The notes beneath the pieces were generated by a model. The model did not search any database. It was not told where the DNA came from and worked only from the letters and a program-made list of their open reading frames with translations. The translations under genes were made by a program, and so were the position numbers. DNA of 62,130 nucleotides, the filler included, from Stramenopiles sp. TOSAG23-2 (Eukaryota): the NCBI GenBank assembly GCA_900128395.1. It is 6 parts of 5 records of this genome, joined end to end, with 100 filler letters (N's around TTAATTAATTAA, not from the genome) between each part and the next. Parts side by side here need not be neighbours in the genome. Positions count along the whole stretch, not along the records: positions 27,750 to 41,516 come from LT649787.1; positions 41,617 to 55,375 come from LT649788.1; 4 more parts are not named here. One strand, 5' to 3'. How positions within the stretch are numbered: position 1 is the stretch's first letter; every line of letters starts with the position of its first letter. Shown here in pieces: positions 40,301 to 51,861 of the stretch.

Positions 40301-41213
40301 GTAGTGCCTTATCAAAACATGCTTCGTACGCAATATTCTGGTTGTTATAATTTGGATACAATTCCGCGAAAGGATTGTTGTTACAGTTTGTCAAACATGT
40401 CACATTTAATTTTACATCATTTAAAGCATTAAATAAATCCTTTTCTATACTTTGCTGGATTTGAATTTTATCACTTTGAAACACTTTTTCAAAAAGTTGT
40501 TTACAAGTTTTTACAAAATGAATGACATTTGCATTTTCGTTAATAACATTTACAATTGTACTATTATGACTATTACGATTTAAATTAGGGTTCACAATGG
40601 TTTGAAACATAGTCTGAACTTCTGCACTTAACGAAGGTATCACTTGATTCACATACTGTAAAAATATATTTACAAAATCTATTGCTTTTAACTTTAAACG
40701 TCCTTCTTCTAATGTTTTATTCATTAAATTTGCAAGCTTTGGATATACATTAATTGAACCAGCAGAAATTTTTGCTTCCTCGCATAACCTTTTTGCTATG
40801 ACAGAAGATACAATACCTTTTTCTTTATTTTTTAACAATTTGCCCGCTAAATTTGCCGCAAAAGGCAAAGGATCATATTTTGCTTTGCGGTATTTTCGAA
40901 ATGAATATATTTTTAAATTTTTTTTTAATCTACGCTGTACTTTATGATAGGATGATAATCTGGCCCACTCTTCTTGCCTTCCAACGAATTGACCAGAACC
41001 GTTTTGATATGAATCTATAGTTGATAATGTGATGAATTCTCTATCTGTATTGTTTCTATTAATTGTATCATTAGTGGTAATAGTTGTAGTTGTAGTAGTA
41101 GTAGTAGTGGTAGCCACACTTTCATTATAATTATTAAGTGATTGACTACTACTATCGTTTCCATTTGTATACAAATTTCTTGCATTTTGCACGGAGTGAG
41201 AAGACGATTCCAT
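37365..41213 (-). CDS. ATXR3: ATXR3/SDG2-like histone-lysine methyltransferase (SET + post-SET) with two C-terminal PHD fingers
   Basis: YLGELFSPWRWFEK, LPDFYNIIMER...GY..MFVDP..KGN.ASRLSHSCTPNC, GEELSFDY, CLCGT.QCRG, YVWGQL.FW, and two C-x2-C...H-x2-C...W-x-C-x2-C PHD fingers. Confidence 0.9.
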   Translation of the reverse strand: MESSSHSVQNARNLYTNGNDSSSQSLNNYNESVATTTTTTTTTTITTNDTINRNNTDREFITLSTIDSYQNGSGQFVGRQEEWARLSSYHKVQRRLKKNLKIYSFRKYRKAKYDPLPFAANLAGKLLKNKEKGIVSSVIAKRLCEEAKISAGSINVYPKLANLMNKTLEEGRLKLKAIDFVNIFLQYVNQVIPSLSAEVQTMFQTIVNPNLNRNSHNSTIVNVINENANVIHFVKTCKQLFEKVFQSDKIQIQQSIEKDLFNALNDVKLNVTCLTNCNNNPFAELYPNYNNQNIAYEACFDKALQKMWLWQTYQDLFFVRDFSWRKTPYPPRPFEVITEYISAIEPEKCYEMLISSKKGLHAPPEGAPGASKLPLDLIALERREPLILAPKGTNFPNNTCEYDIVLTSTWGYDSSTYRRIFRALLVNSVLTEEVAKKFMAKTLLPAINRQKDEDAHDFGIVLHDIINMSKKKGNHIAFTCAKTILHEVQKDRVFYCSKNFRIYPKGQGLLCNRKEGIKAGTFVERYLGELFSPWRWFEKTDAVKVVQKKLGMKTTLPDFYNIIMERHSDDEKGYNLMFVDPIAKGNIASRLSHSCTPNCATIVVSENGKYVTTVYAVRDIEYGEELSFDYGSFTEDKREHEQATCLCGTGQCRGAFLQYSNDRVFQEVMLKEHTTVDRAAILVRACTEELNDNDRKILKTHKLGSSVTDGAPDWLLKWGALILEFLDFEKKQLTYDLVRRYSFYNLESANDDAVGIHATRVQNLVITLEKLKYFLRQPNQKQNPPLRVLTPKEVVDILWNDTKNKIGEPIVKTIIKNAISGMQNFVIRQKLKKILQTKIKSNAKGLKYLKEDIMIQARDLLYKLPQTNSRRYTAAADLITLYAYTKLNFTMNTYNGFSSPPLKLRQCDVGDTCRALKEKDSVVKGKSYNRQYVWGQLHFWERQTIAQPDASLMAARYGPVVLPDADCCFNTHLNPYSPSQRKSMLEIFEHQPHSQWKTTTHWRFRNKYSLFGTPFIDAAYKKSKEGFDKLLNLTPRIPPSSPVILTESVKANVNGNATISKDSSDSSTTTTTTMNIVSEEEDNVPCNICGLTGDTPENPALLCETCITGCAHIRCLNLKKVPEGDWYCGACNEKRLLAIPKWLREIKSFHPSMIEKIDDTNNKNSAAYAEMLSKKRSASSNGSSAAHSNGSALSSGKSTKIKLKKRKENPTKSEKQTKKKKKKEEELSSIDDDIPCNICGLTGSTEWNPALLCDGCEYGCAHLECLNLQRVPRKEWFCDLCK

Positions 41214-41516
41214 TATCTCACGTGCGAATCTATTGTCCTTTCGTCTAAGTTTTTCTATTTATTTAATTCTATATGTATGCTGATCGCAAGGGGTAATAAA
41301 CGATAGGTAGAATGACACTCTATGGTATAATATGTCTTTCTATACTATCTCAACTTTGTTATTAGATTTTTCTTTTTCGATTTTGTTTTTAAACTCTTTT
41401 TTCTTCTGGCCACTTCTGGCCACTTTGCCAGGAGGTGGTTTGCACTTTGCTGTGGTTTGCCTAGCCTAGCAAATTTGCGGAATTTGAGATTAGAGATTTA
41501 ACCTTTTAGTCCCTGC

Positions 41517-41616
41517 NNNNNNNNNNNNNNNNNNNNNNNNNNNNNNNNNNNNNNNNNNNNTTAATTAATTAANNNNNNNNNNNNNNNNNNNNNNNNNNNN
41601 NNNNNNNNNNNNNNNN
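41517..41616. other. Artificial scaffold spacer
   Basis: N run containing TTAATTAATTAA. Confidence 0.95.
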
Positions 41617-41874
41617 AAGTTTTGCGTAGGATGCACTAAATTTAACACACATTTAACACACAGGACTATGGTTATGAACGGGCTTTAATGACGACTAATA
41701 ATAATTAAATAATTAATTAAAATATTATCGATCGATTATCGATTATTAAAAAAATAAATGAAAACAGAAAAGAAACATTATTTTCTTTAACTTATACATC
41801 CAAACAGTTTCATTATTCAAACAAACCAACTGAAAAGAAAAGAATAAAAAGAGGAAATATTATTCAATTTAAAC

Positions 41875-42784
41875 ATGTCGGGTATATTCCCAAAAACAAA
41901 AAAAAATAGTAAAATAAAAGCATTAGTAGAACATGCATTATTACCTTTTGCACATTTAAACCAAGGTAATACAGGACAAGAACAAAATAATCTTAATAAT
42001 ACCAACAACAACAACAACAGCAACGATTCCTCTTCCTCGTCATCGTCATCGACTTCGCGTCAAACAATTCCAAATCCACCGTATACATTGCAAACAAATA
42101 AATTTCAAGCACAAATATGTCCAAATTTTTTCATTGCTCAAGATCTTTGTTTTGGACATTTAAATGATACACATTTTAAAATATGTTTTTGTATTACGTC
42201 AAAATGTCGTAAAGAATTATTTGGAGTAGATGCAAATGATAATAATAATAATAATACAAGGGAAAATGATTTCTTCGCAAAATTCAAACAACGACTAAAC
42301 AATAAAACATTGCAACTTTGTGCATACAAATTATTAATGTGGACCGAGCCTCAAATAAAATATATTGAAGCTACGTATAACAATGCAGCACCACATATAT
42401 TAATAAATGTATATGATTCTCCTTTTTATATTCAAATCGATAGTGCTGTTATTTATAACGAAATGGGTAATACTTTATTTGGTAATCCACAACCTTTGCG
42501 ACATATTCAATTAATCAAAACTTTACTTGATACTGGTATGTATTATTACATAAGAAATATTTATTTGCTTCAACAAGCTGATTCTACGTCATATCATATT
42601 GAAATTATCGATGATGATAATAATGATAATAATAAAAATGGAGGCACAACAAGTAACAATAATAACAATTTAAACAACGTCATAGATTACAATGATATTG
42701 ATACACAAAGTAGTGGTAATAATATAAATACTACAGTCAATAGTAGTAGTATTAGTAATAGTAGCAATGATGATCCGATAATCG

Positions 42785-42823
<39 letters not shown>

Positions 42824-45800
42824 GTAGCAATAGTCAACAATTTGAAGATGAAGACGAGGAAGAGGATGATGGTGATTTTAGTGATGTCATTGATGATGGT
42901 AATGCAATTCCAGAAATTAATGCTACTACGCCATTAGAAAATACAATGACAGATGAAGAACAAGATCAAATTAGTGATAATGAAAATTCATATCGTATTC
43001 TTTCTTCAAATTCTAAAAGAAAAAAATCTACTGGAAGAAATAGACAAACAAATTTGATCGAAAGAGGAGAAAATCCTGTCCGAAAACGTGTGATGTTTGC
43101 AGCTACACAACAATCACAAATATTTGAAGATGACGACGAGGAAGACGAGGAGGAGAATGATGATGATAATAACGAGAATCATCAAGCTGATGGAAACCAT
43201 ATTTCTAATTCCGACAAAGATAAAAATATTGATAATCAATCAAATATATCTATAGAATCAACAAATGATGTCAACAATATAAATAATGCAATAAATGATC
43301 CTGCAACAATTCCTACCACGGATGATGATAACAACAACAACAACAACAACAACAACAATAATACATTAGGGAAAGAACACCTCGCAGAAGTAGAAAATGT
43401 ATTTAGCAATGATAACAATGATGATAATATTGATGGGAGCGGTGGTAATAATGCAATTTCGACAGCAACAACAACTACAACCACCACCACCACCACTACA
43501 ACTATTAATAGCAGCAGCAGTAGCAATATTAATAATAATCAAACGAATCATCGCGATGCTAATACAAACGATCAAACAGAAGTAGAAGAAAATATAAGCC
43601 AAGAAACTCCAGATGAAACATTAGTTGTCGACGATGATAACGAGGATGATGATAAAGATGATGCTATTACTGATGATATTTTGCAAAAAGCGATTGTGTC
43701 ATATCTAGACAAACACGATGGTGCGGATGATAGAAATACTGTTCCTGTATTGAAATTTCTTGAAGATCAATTCAATACGCGCTTTTCATCTTCTCAACGA
43801 AAATTTATTGAAAATGAAGTAGATGAACTAACCTATAACGAATTTTATTTTGTAACAGTAAATTCAACTGATGTGTGTGATGTTGGTGTTGGTGGCCTTG
43901 GTATAGAAATTGAACGTATAATTAAAAATAATAAATCGTATATTAGAATCCATGAAATAATACCAAATGGGTTTGCAGATATAAATGGTCATTTAAAAAT
44001 AGGCGATATGATTTTAGAATTGGAAATACATTTGACATATAATAACAAAGTTGTTTCTTTTATAGATAAAAAACTTGAGGTGTGTAAAAAGTTGCTAAGA
44101 ACCAAGAAGCGGCCAATTGTTTTGTCAATGCGTAAACGTACAGAAAATTTTGTGGACGATGATCAAGGTTACGATGTTGTAGTGCCTAGTGGTGGTGGAC
44201 AAAAATTCAAACTTGGGATGTCTATTTTTGATGGTGACAGTTTTGAAGGAATGGAAGTTACCGCTATTAAACCTGGTTCATTTATTGATGAAGAGGGTAC
44301 TGTTGGACTTGGTGATTACCTTATGGGAGTTGTTGGCTCAAACGGTAAATTTAAAAGGCTTTCCTATGATGAAGTTGTTCATATGAATTTAAGAAAACGA
44401 CCGTTTGTGTTGAGATTTAAAAGAACCAAAACGCCCGTAAATGATGAAACATATATGCAAGAAGACGAAGACGAGGAGGAGGAAGAAGGAGAAGAGGAGA
44501 TCAATAATAATAATAATACTTCAAGTCCTAGCCCCAAAAGAAAAATACAAAATATAAATGATTTGCGACTTGAGGCATTTAGTTATTTGCCTAATAAACT
44601 TGGTATGGAAGCAATATGTGATAAATTAAAAGCAAAAAATTATGTTGGTTTTGAGTACTATCATTATGGTGTGTTTTCAAGACAACCGGGAATTTATGGC
44701 AAAATTTTACCTGATGGTATGATTGAAAATAAAAATGGGTCGCCACTGGCTGTTGCTACATGGATTAAGGAAAATTACCCTGTAGGGGGGCATACCATGA
44801 AAAAGTTCGACTATAAAAAATGTTTTATTGTAGATGTCGATGGTAAAAAACTTGCAAATAAATTAGATTTATATGCATTTAGAAAAGGTGTAGACGTAAC
44901 ATTTAATAAAAATGTTGAAGAAGTGGAGGAGGGAGAAAAAGAGCAAGAACAGGAGAAAGAAGTGGAAGAGGGAGAAAAAGAGCAAGAACAGGAGAAAGAA
45001 GTGGAGGGAGGAGAAGTAGGAGAAGCAACTGATGACAATAATAATGGCAGTAATGCGCCAATAAGTTCTTCTTCTACTTCTACAAAGAAAATGTTAACTG
45101 TTCGTGATTTTTCGGTCGGTGATCTTGGTGCTGTGAAATTAGGTTATGATGAAGTATGTGATAAATTAGGAGCGAAACGTTATATTGGATTAATGGGGAA
45201 GAGATCTTTAGACTCTGAATCATATTATTATGGTAAACTTTTGCATATTGGATTAATGGAAAGTGATGACGGGGCTATTCCTGTTGGTACTTGGCTTAAA
45301 GAGACGTTTCCTAACCGCCCTCCCACGAGATTTAACTATAAATGTTGCTTCATTGTAGACGTTGATGGTAGAAAACTTCCAAATAAATCGGATTTTTATG
45401 CATTTAGGAGAGGCAAAAAATTAAGAGCTGGTGAAGAAAGTGATCGAAGAGAAGAAGAAGAAGGAAGCGAAGAAGAGGAACGCGAAGAAGAAGAAGAAGA
45501 AGAAAGCGAAGAAGGCACCACGAACAATAACAGCAGTGATACTTCTAGCACATCTTCCGCGAGCAAAATATTAACGATTGATGATACTCCAGTTAAATCC
45601 TTTGGCACAGTTAGAATCGGATATCATGAAATATGCAATAAATTAGGAGCAGAACGCTACGTTGGATTTATATGCAAAAGGTTTGTTGATTCTAAAACAT
45701 ATCAATATGGTAAATTGTTACCAAATGGATTAATTGAAGATGGTGATGAACCTTTGCGTGTTGGTAATTGGATCTGTATGCATTCCGCAGAGGTAAAAAA

Positions 45801-48452
45801 GTCACATCTAATGAAGAAAGTAAAGAAGCGGAAGAAAGCGACGAGGAGGAAGAGGAAGAAAGCGACGAAGAGGAAGAGGAAGAAGAAGGCGCAATGAACA
45901 GTAACAACAGCTCAAGCACATCTTCTACGGGAGAAATTTTAACATATGATGATGTTTCTAAGGAATCGTTAGGCTCAAATAAACTTGATATGGATGAAAT
46001 ATGTAATAAATTAGGAGCAAAACGCTTCGTTGGATTTATGTGTAAGAGGTTTGTTGATTCTAAAACGTATCATTATGGTAAACTGCTACTAAGTGGATTA
46101 GTTGAAGATGATGATGGGACTTTTGGTGTCAATAATTGGCTGGGAAAAATGTATCCAAGTTGGAAAGCGCCTAGATCTTCTAGAACGTTTCACTATAAAT
46201 GTTGCTTCATTGTAGATGTTGATGGTAAAAAGCTTCCAAATAAATTGGATCTTTTTGCATTTCGGAAAGGAAAAAACATAACACCTAATGAAGAAAGTGA
46301 TAAAGAAGATGAGGATGATGATGAAAATGTTGATGATACGTTAGTGGAACAAGAGACAAATGATAAAAAAGTAGTAAATTCTTTGCAAAACAATAAAGAC
46401 GATGCAGATGGTAAACATGATGAATATTTAAACCAATTCAATGATGATGATGACGATGATGATGAGAATGATGGCAATACTGTGATGGGGCAAAACAAAT
46501 ATAAAAACAATAATCACAAAAATAGCGATATTGAATTGGAAGAAGACGAGGAAGAAAGCATTCAACAAAATATGTATCAACAAAGGCAATATTCTCAACA
46601 ATCACAAGTTCCGTATGTTCAAGAAGATGAATCTGTAATGCCGATGCCTAAAAATGGCAACAAAGGTAGTAATGAAGAACGAAATAGTGACAAAATTAAT
46701 GCAAGTAATGCTATGGATAATCACGAGGAGGAGAAATCATCTGAACCTATCGAGACAAATAATGATGGCGATGAAGAGGAGAACGATGAGAATGACAGCG
46801 AAGAGGAAGAGGAAGACGGTGTCCATAAAGAAACACGGAAGCAAAAAGCGGTACGGAATCTAGGCTATTTAAAAAGAACAGGGAAATATTTATATCATGT
46901 AACTGGAAGGTGGTATAGCATTAAAATCATGGAATATTCAAAAACGGAACAGCTACATACGGTGCAATACCGCGACGGGGGGACACAGAAATTGAATATT
47001 GATTTATGTCTACGTGAAAAAACATTTTATTTTACGGATAAAAATCAAGATTCACAAAAAAAAAACAAAAATTCGAATAGTACTGCAGTAAGAGCCAGTA
47101 TTAGTGCAAGTAACCCACCTTATAGTGAAGATGAACAAGAAGGACAAAAGCACCAAGTCACAGCATCTGAGAAAGTTGTATCAGTTGATCTGACCAATGA
47201 AGCACTAGAAGAAGCAAAGGAAGATTCAAATAGAAATACAAAGAAAAGGAAAAGAAAAAGAAAAGACAAAACGGTAGATAAAAACATAAAGGCGACAGCA
47301 ACAACAACTACTACTACTACTACTACGACAAATAACAACAATAATGCTTTTTTAAAAAACTTTCCTTCTGAATATTGGGAAACTATAAAAGAAAAATTAA
47401 GAGCTTTGTTTGAAAAATATCACACCTTTGAAAAACCTTTAACTATGAAAGAAATTATCAATGCACTATCTAAAACGTTGAAAGTATCGTTCGATGAAAG
47501 TGAGCAAAATCGTGTGAAAAATATGTATTATGATTTAGTCCGAGAAAAGGAAAACTTAAGAATAAAAACTAAATTTTTGAACAAATTTGAAAATGATGAT
47601 GATGAACATGTCTATCATATTTTATATGGTACAATTTGGTACATGCCAAAGGTGGATATTCAAACATTAAAATGGAATGAAATGTGGGAGGATGTTACAG
47701 ACCATGAAATGTTTTCATCCCCGCGTTTTATTGCGTTTAAAGAAAAACATGGAAGAACATTCATATCGCCGCTAAAAAGAAATAATAAGAAGAAAGGCAA
47801 GAAACTGAATACCTCAAAGAAAAAACAATCTTCTAAAAAGCGAAGAAAAAACAACTTAAACAGTGACACAAGTAAAACTCGTAGTGAACAAGGTGATCTT
47901 GGGTCATCATCAAAGAAGAAAAGAAAAGCCCCTAGTAGATCAGCTGCAAACATAAGTAGTAATAACAACAACAGCAGCGGCAGCAGTAGTAAACGGACAC
48001 GTTTTGCAGGGACAAACAACAATGGTTATAATGAGGAATATATTGAAAAGGAAATAGTGTTTGGACCAAATGTACAAAGGTTGGGTTTTTATGTAGATCA
48101 AGTGCGTATAGGAAATAAAGACATGATGGCTGTCAGTGGAATAAATCCTCGTGGATATGCGGCTCAAAATACCAATATTAAAGTTGGAGATATTTTCGTA
48201 CATTGCCGAAATCACAGATTTGAAGCAAATTTTTTGGATCTTGATGATATAGAAGAAGTAAAAAAACGGATGGCAACAAAAATACGTCCAGTCAGCTTTA
48301 CTATAAGACGGAAAAGGAGACGACAGGAACAACGTAGTAGAAGTAATAATACAAATTCTAGGCAAACGCCTATAAAACGTGAATTGACATCGCCATCTAA
48401 TAGAAATGGCGGTTCTAGTAGGAGTAATAGAAATGCACAAGCTTTGTTATAA
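41875..48452 (+). CDS. Large (~2200 aa) multidomain protein: putative N-terminal OB-fold, DEK-C-like x2, PDZ x3, four ~100-aa repeats, Tudor-like; frameshifted by a ~100-nt deletion at 45766-45772
   Basis: PDZ motifs GLGIEI..IIPNGFA...LKIGD, KLGMSI..IKPGS...GLGD and RLGFYV..INPRGYAA...KVGD. The two ORFs share a repeat unit that is cut at AATTGG. Confidence 0.75.
44545..46275 (+). repeat. Four coding repeats (ICDKLGAKRYVGF...YGKLL..G..E...W.....YKCCFIVDVDGKKLPNKLDLYAFR) separated by acidic linkers
   Basis: Directly visible in the translation; the third copy lacks its central part. Confidence 0.9.
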
Positions 48453-48568
48453 TTCTGGACGTTACCTGCACGGTGTTTGTGGAGCGAAGCGTAATGTCAA
48501 GTGTTAGTATGTATGGATCAATGACATAATATATACATACATGCACATAACGAATTATTAAATCTATC

Positions 48569-51511
48569 ATGGCTTCATTGGTACAACAATCAGGTACTAC
48601 CATTTTCGACCTACCGTCTGTTATATATACCACAAAAATTTTAACATGTTTACCACCATCTGATATTTTCAATATGTTCCTAATTAGCAAACAAATCAAT
48701 AATGAGCTATTTGATGATAATTTATTAAAAATGGAATATCAAATACAATTTCAAACCTTTTTTGAAGCTTTAAATATAACTTTCAATGAGGAAACATTGC
48801 CACTGTTTTTGAGAAAAATTAATTTTCTTCAAAAAATATATGAAAATTTAATCAATTATCGCAAAACTATATTTAAACGTAAGGCAGAAGTATTTTTAGT
48901 TGATAATTGTTCTACAATATTTCAAGCTAAAAATATAAATGATTATATGGGTATACAAAAAGTTAACCAATCATCATGGTCTTTTGGGGGGAAAAAAATA
49001 TTTCATGTCGCTGGACATCAATTCAATCCATTAAATTGCATTGTATTAAACGATGGATCTCTTTTTATCAGAGAACCAAAGCGCATAGTTCACCCAATGC
49101 CAAAGTTTTTTTATGGTATAACACTGAAATCTTCAGTCTCTAAAATTAGTGTTGGCTGTAAGCATACTGTTTGTAACACTTTAAATGGCATGGGATTTGT
49201 TTGGGGTGAAAATACGGAAGGGAAATTAGGTTTAGGTGAAAGTGCTACGGGTTATGTATCAAAACCTACTCTATTGAATATTAAAGAATTTCAATTTGAA
49301 TCTACGTTCTTTGTAACTTGTTCAGCTGGGGAATCGCACACATGCCTTGTTGATACAAATGGTATTGTATATGCAAGTGGATATGGTGAAGGAGGTAGAC
49401 TGGGCAATAATACATGTCGTAATCAGAATATGTTTCAGAAAATGTCTTTTCGAACTAGAAATTGTTTTTCATTATCACATGATGAGACAAAACTATTTTC
49501 TACACGTACTACTCCAAAAATAATTACAGTTGAATGTGGAAGAAGTTGGACATTACTCATTGCTTCTGATGGTATACCATATGGAACTGGACAAAATCGT
49601 AATTTACAAATGGGCTATTCATTTGGGAAAGAAAAAGAATTATTATCTGGACAACGAATTAATTGGGTAAGTAAATTTTATCCCCCTAAATATGATAAAA
49701 AGGACACCTTCTCTAACACTTCATCACTCATTTATACGCTATGCTACACAGTCATCTCCAAAAGCTATTTTATTTACTAATGAACATAATAAAGAATTCA
49801 CAAATGGTATGAAAAATATTTTTATAAAATGTAAATTCGTGAGAGCAGGCTATCTTCAAAATGCGTCTTACTTCATAGACTATGATAATGTATTATACGC
49901 AACGCCACATTATAAAACCACATTATACAAAAAAGGTATCAATGAAACATTATGGAATAAGTTAAATATAAGAACAAAATATGATGAAATATTAGATGCA
50001 GATGTTGATTCATGTGTTTTAAAGTTTCTGGTAAATAATAAAAACGGCCCAAGTAGCTATTACTATTATGACTTATGGAAAAACAAACGTGTTACGACAG
50101 AGAAAATTTTGGAAGATAGAAAGGTAGATTTTAAAAAACATTTATATATTGATCCCACAAGAACAAAAAAAACATTATCAGCTAGTAAATCAGTAAATGT
50201 ACACAATAAGAACAAAAATATCGTAACTTTAAAGATGATGAATATCATATCAAATGAAAATATTACATTTGATAATATAAATCCAAACACTGTGCTAAAA
50301 ACGATAGATACAATGAAAGATTCCAAAAAAATAATGGCACTTCCTGAAAGTAAATCATATCATCCAAATTTAACTGCATATGTATTAGACAATGTTTTTT
50401 GTGAAGAGACATGCAAGAAAATTGACCAATTACGAAATAAAATTGAATTAGATTTAAAAAGGCCAACATGCGCACGCAGATTTTTTAAAGAATGGATTGG
50501 CACACAAACGCAACAAACACGACACTCTGAAAATGGATGTAAGTAAATTTTATTCCCATAAACCTGATAAAAAGGACACCCTCTCTAACGCATCATTCAT
50601 TTATATGCTACGCTCCACAGGGGTTGGTCAAGCGTTGATTGGCACACAAACGCAACAAACACGACACTCTGAAAATGGATGTAAGTAAATTTTATTCCCA
50701 TAAACCTGATAAAAAGGACACCCTCTCTAACGCATCATTCATTTATATGCTACGCTCCACAGGGGTTGGTCAAGCGTTTGAGGCAATGTTTAAATCATTA
50801 AAGTTACCGTTTCATACCATGCCATGGTTTCGATACTTAGAATATGCAGAAGGGGGATGCATGGCAAAACATAGTGACGGAAGCAATACACACATTGTGA
50901 ATAATACTTTAATTCGATCAACACATACGCTTTTATATTATTTGAATGATTGTGAAGATGGTGGTGAGACAACATTATTCAAAAAAAAAATATCAAAGAA
51001 GAAAGGGGGATGCATGGCAAAACATAGTGACGGAAGCAATACACACATTGTGAATAATACTTTAATTCGATCAACACATACGCTCTTATATTATTTGAAT
51101 GATTGTGAAGATGGTGGTGAGACAACATTATTCAAAAAAAAAATATCAAAGAAGAATAAGAAGAAAAAGAAGAAGAAAAAAAAGACAAAACATGTGGATG
51201 ATAATCTGAGTAATGCTTTTATTAATAAAATGAATATTCAAGATAATAATAAAGATGAAGAGGATGAAGATGATTATGAAAAAAGCATATTAGATGTGGT
51301 AAAGGCAAAACGAAATAGATTGCTAATCTTTCCCCATAGTTGTGAACATGAAGGAAATCTAGTTGGGAATGATGCTAAAATTGCTCTTCGGGCAGAAATC
51401 TATATGTATGGAGAGCAATATGGTTGCAAGAACGCGAATAATATTTCATGGTATGAAACAACAGATTATGTTGAATATAAGAACATGATGCAACAAGGAT
51501 TGAAAAAATGA
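48569..51511 (+). CDS. F-box-like + RCC1 repeats + C-terminal P4H-like 2OG-Fe(II) oxygenase (two introns; duplicated segments)
   Basis: IFDLPSVIYTTKILTCLPPSDI (F-box-like). RCC1 motifs SVGCKHT, WGENTEGKLGLG, SAGESHT, GYGEGGRLG, ECGRSWT. Oxygenase motifs FRYLEY..G..M.KHSDG, YYLNDCEDGGET, HEG, K.ALR. Spliced junctions RINW|SSPK and ENGW|VGQA are in frame. Confidence 0.8.
49667..49751 (+). mobile_element. 85-nt intron, Introner-like family member
   Basis: GTAAGT...TCTCTAAC...CACAG; phase 0. About 85% identical by hand alignment to 50539-50620. Confidence 0.85.
50539..50620 (+). mobile_element. 82-nt intron, Introner-like family member (also present at 50681-50762 inside a 142-nt duplication artefact)
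   Basis: GTAAGT...TCTCTAAC...CACAG; phase 1 (T|GG = Trp). Confidence 0.85.
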
Positions 51512-51861
51512 AACACAGGTACAGAACAAATCACCAGAGAAGAAAAGATGAGATTTTTATCGCAACAAGGATTGAAAAAATGAAACACAGGTACAGAACA
51601 AATCACCAGAGAAGAAAGATGAGATTTTTATCATGTTTTAATATTTTTATAAAAATACGCTTCGTATCATACACGTCTCAGTAGTAAATAAAATTCTTTT
51701 TTATTAAAATGAAAAATATATAAGAGTATCATATTACATTACTGTATCATATTATGATATACTAAAAGCAACGCACATCTATCAAATAACTATGGTACAT
51801 ACACGTTTATCATTTGGATTAACCACCAAAAAATCTATGATATGCGCATAAAACACAAAAA

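Noticed and set aside
50681-50762. A further independent Introner insertion
   Set aside because: It is duplicated together with its flanking exon sequence inside the 142-nt tandem duplication, so it was counted once.
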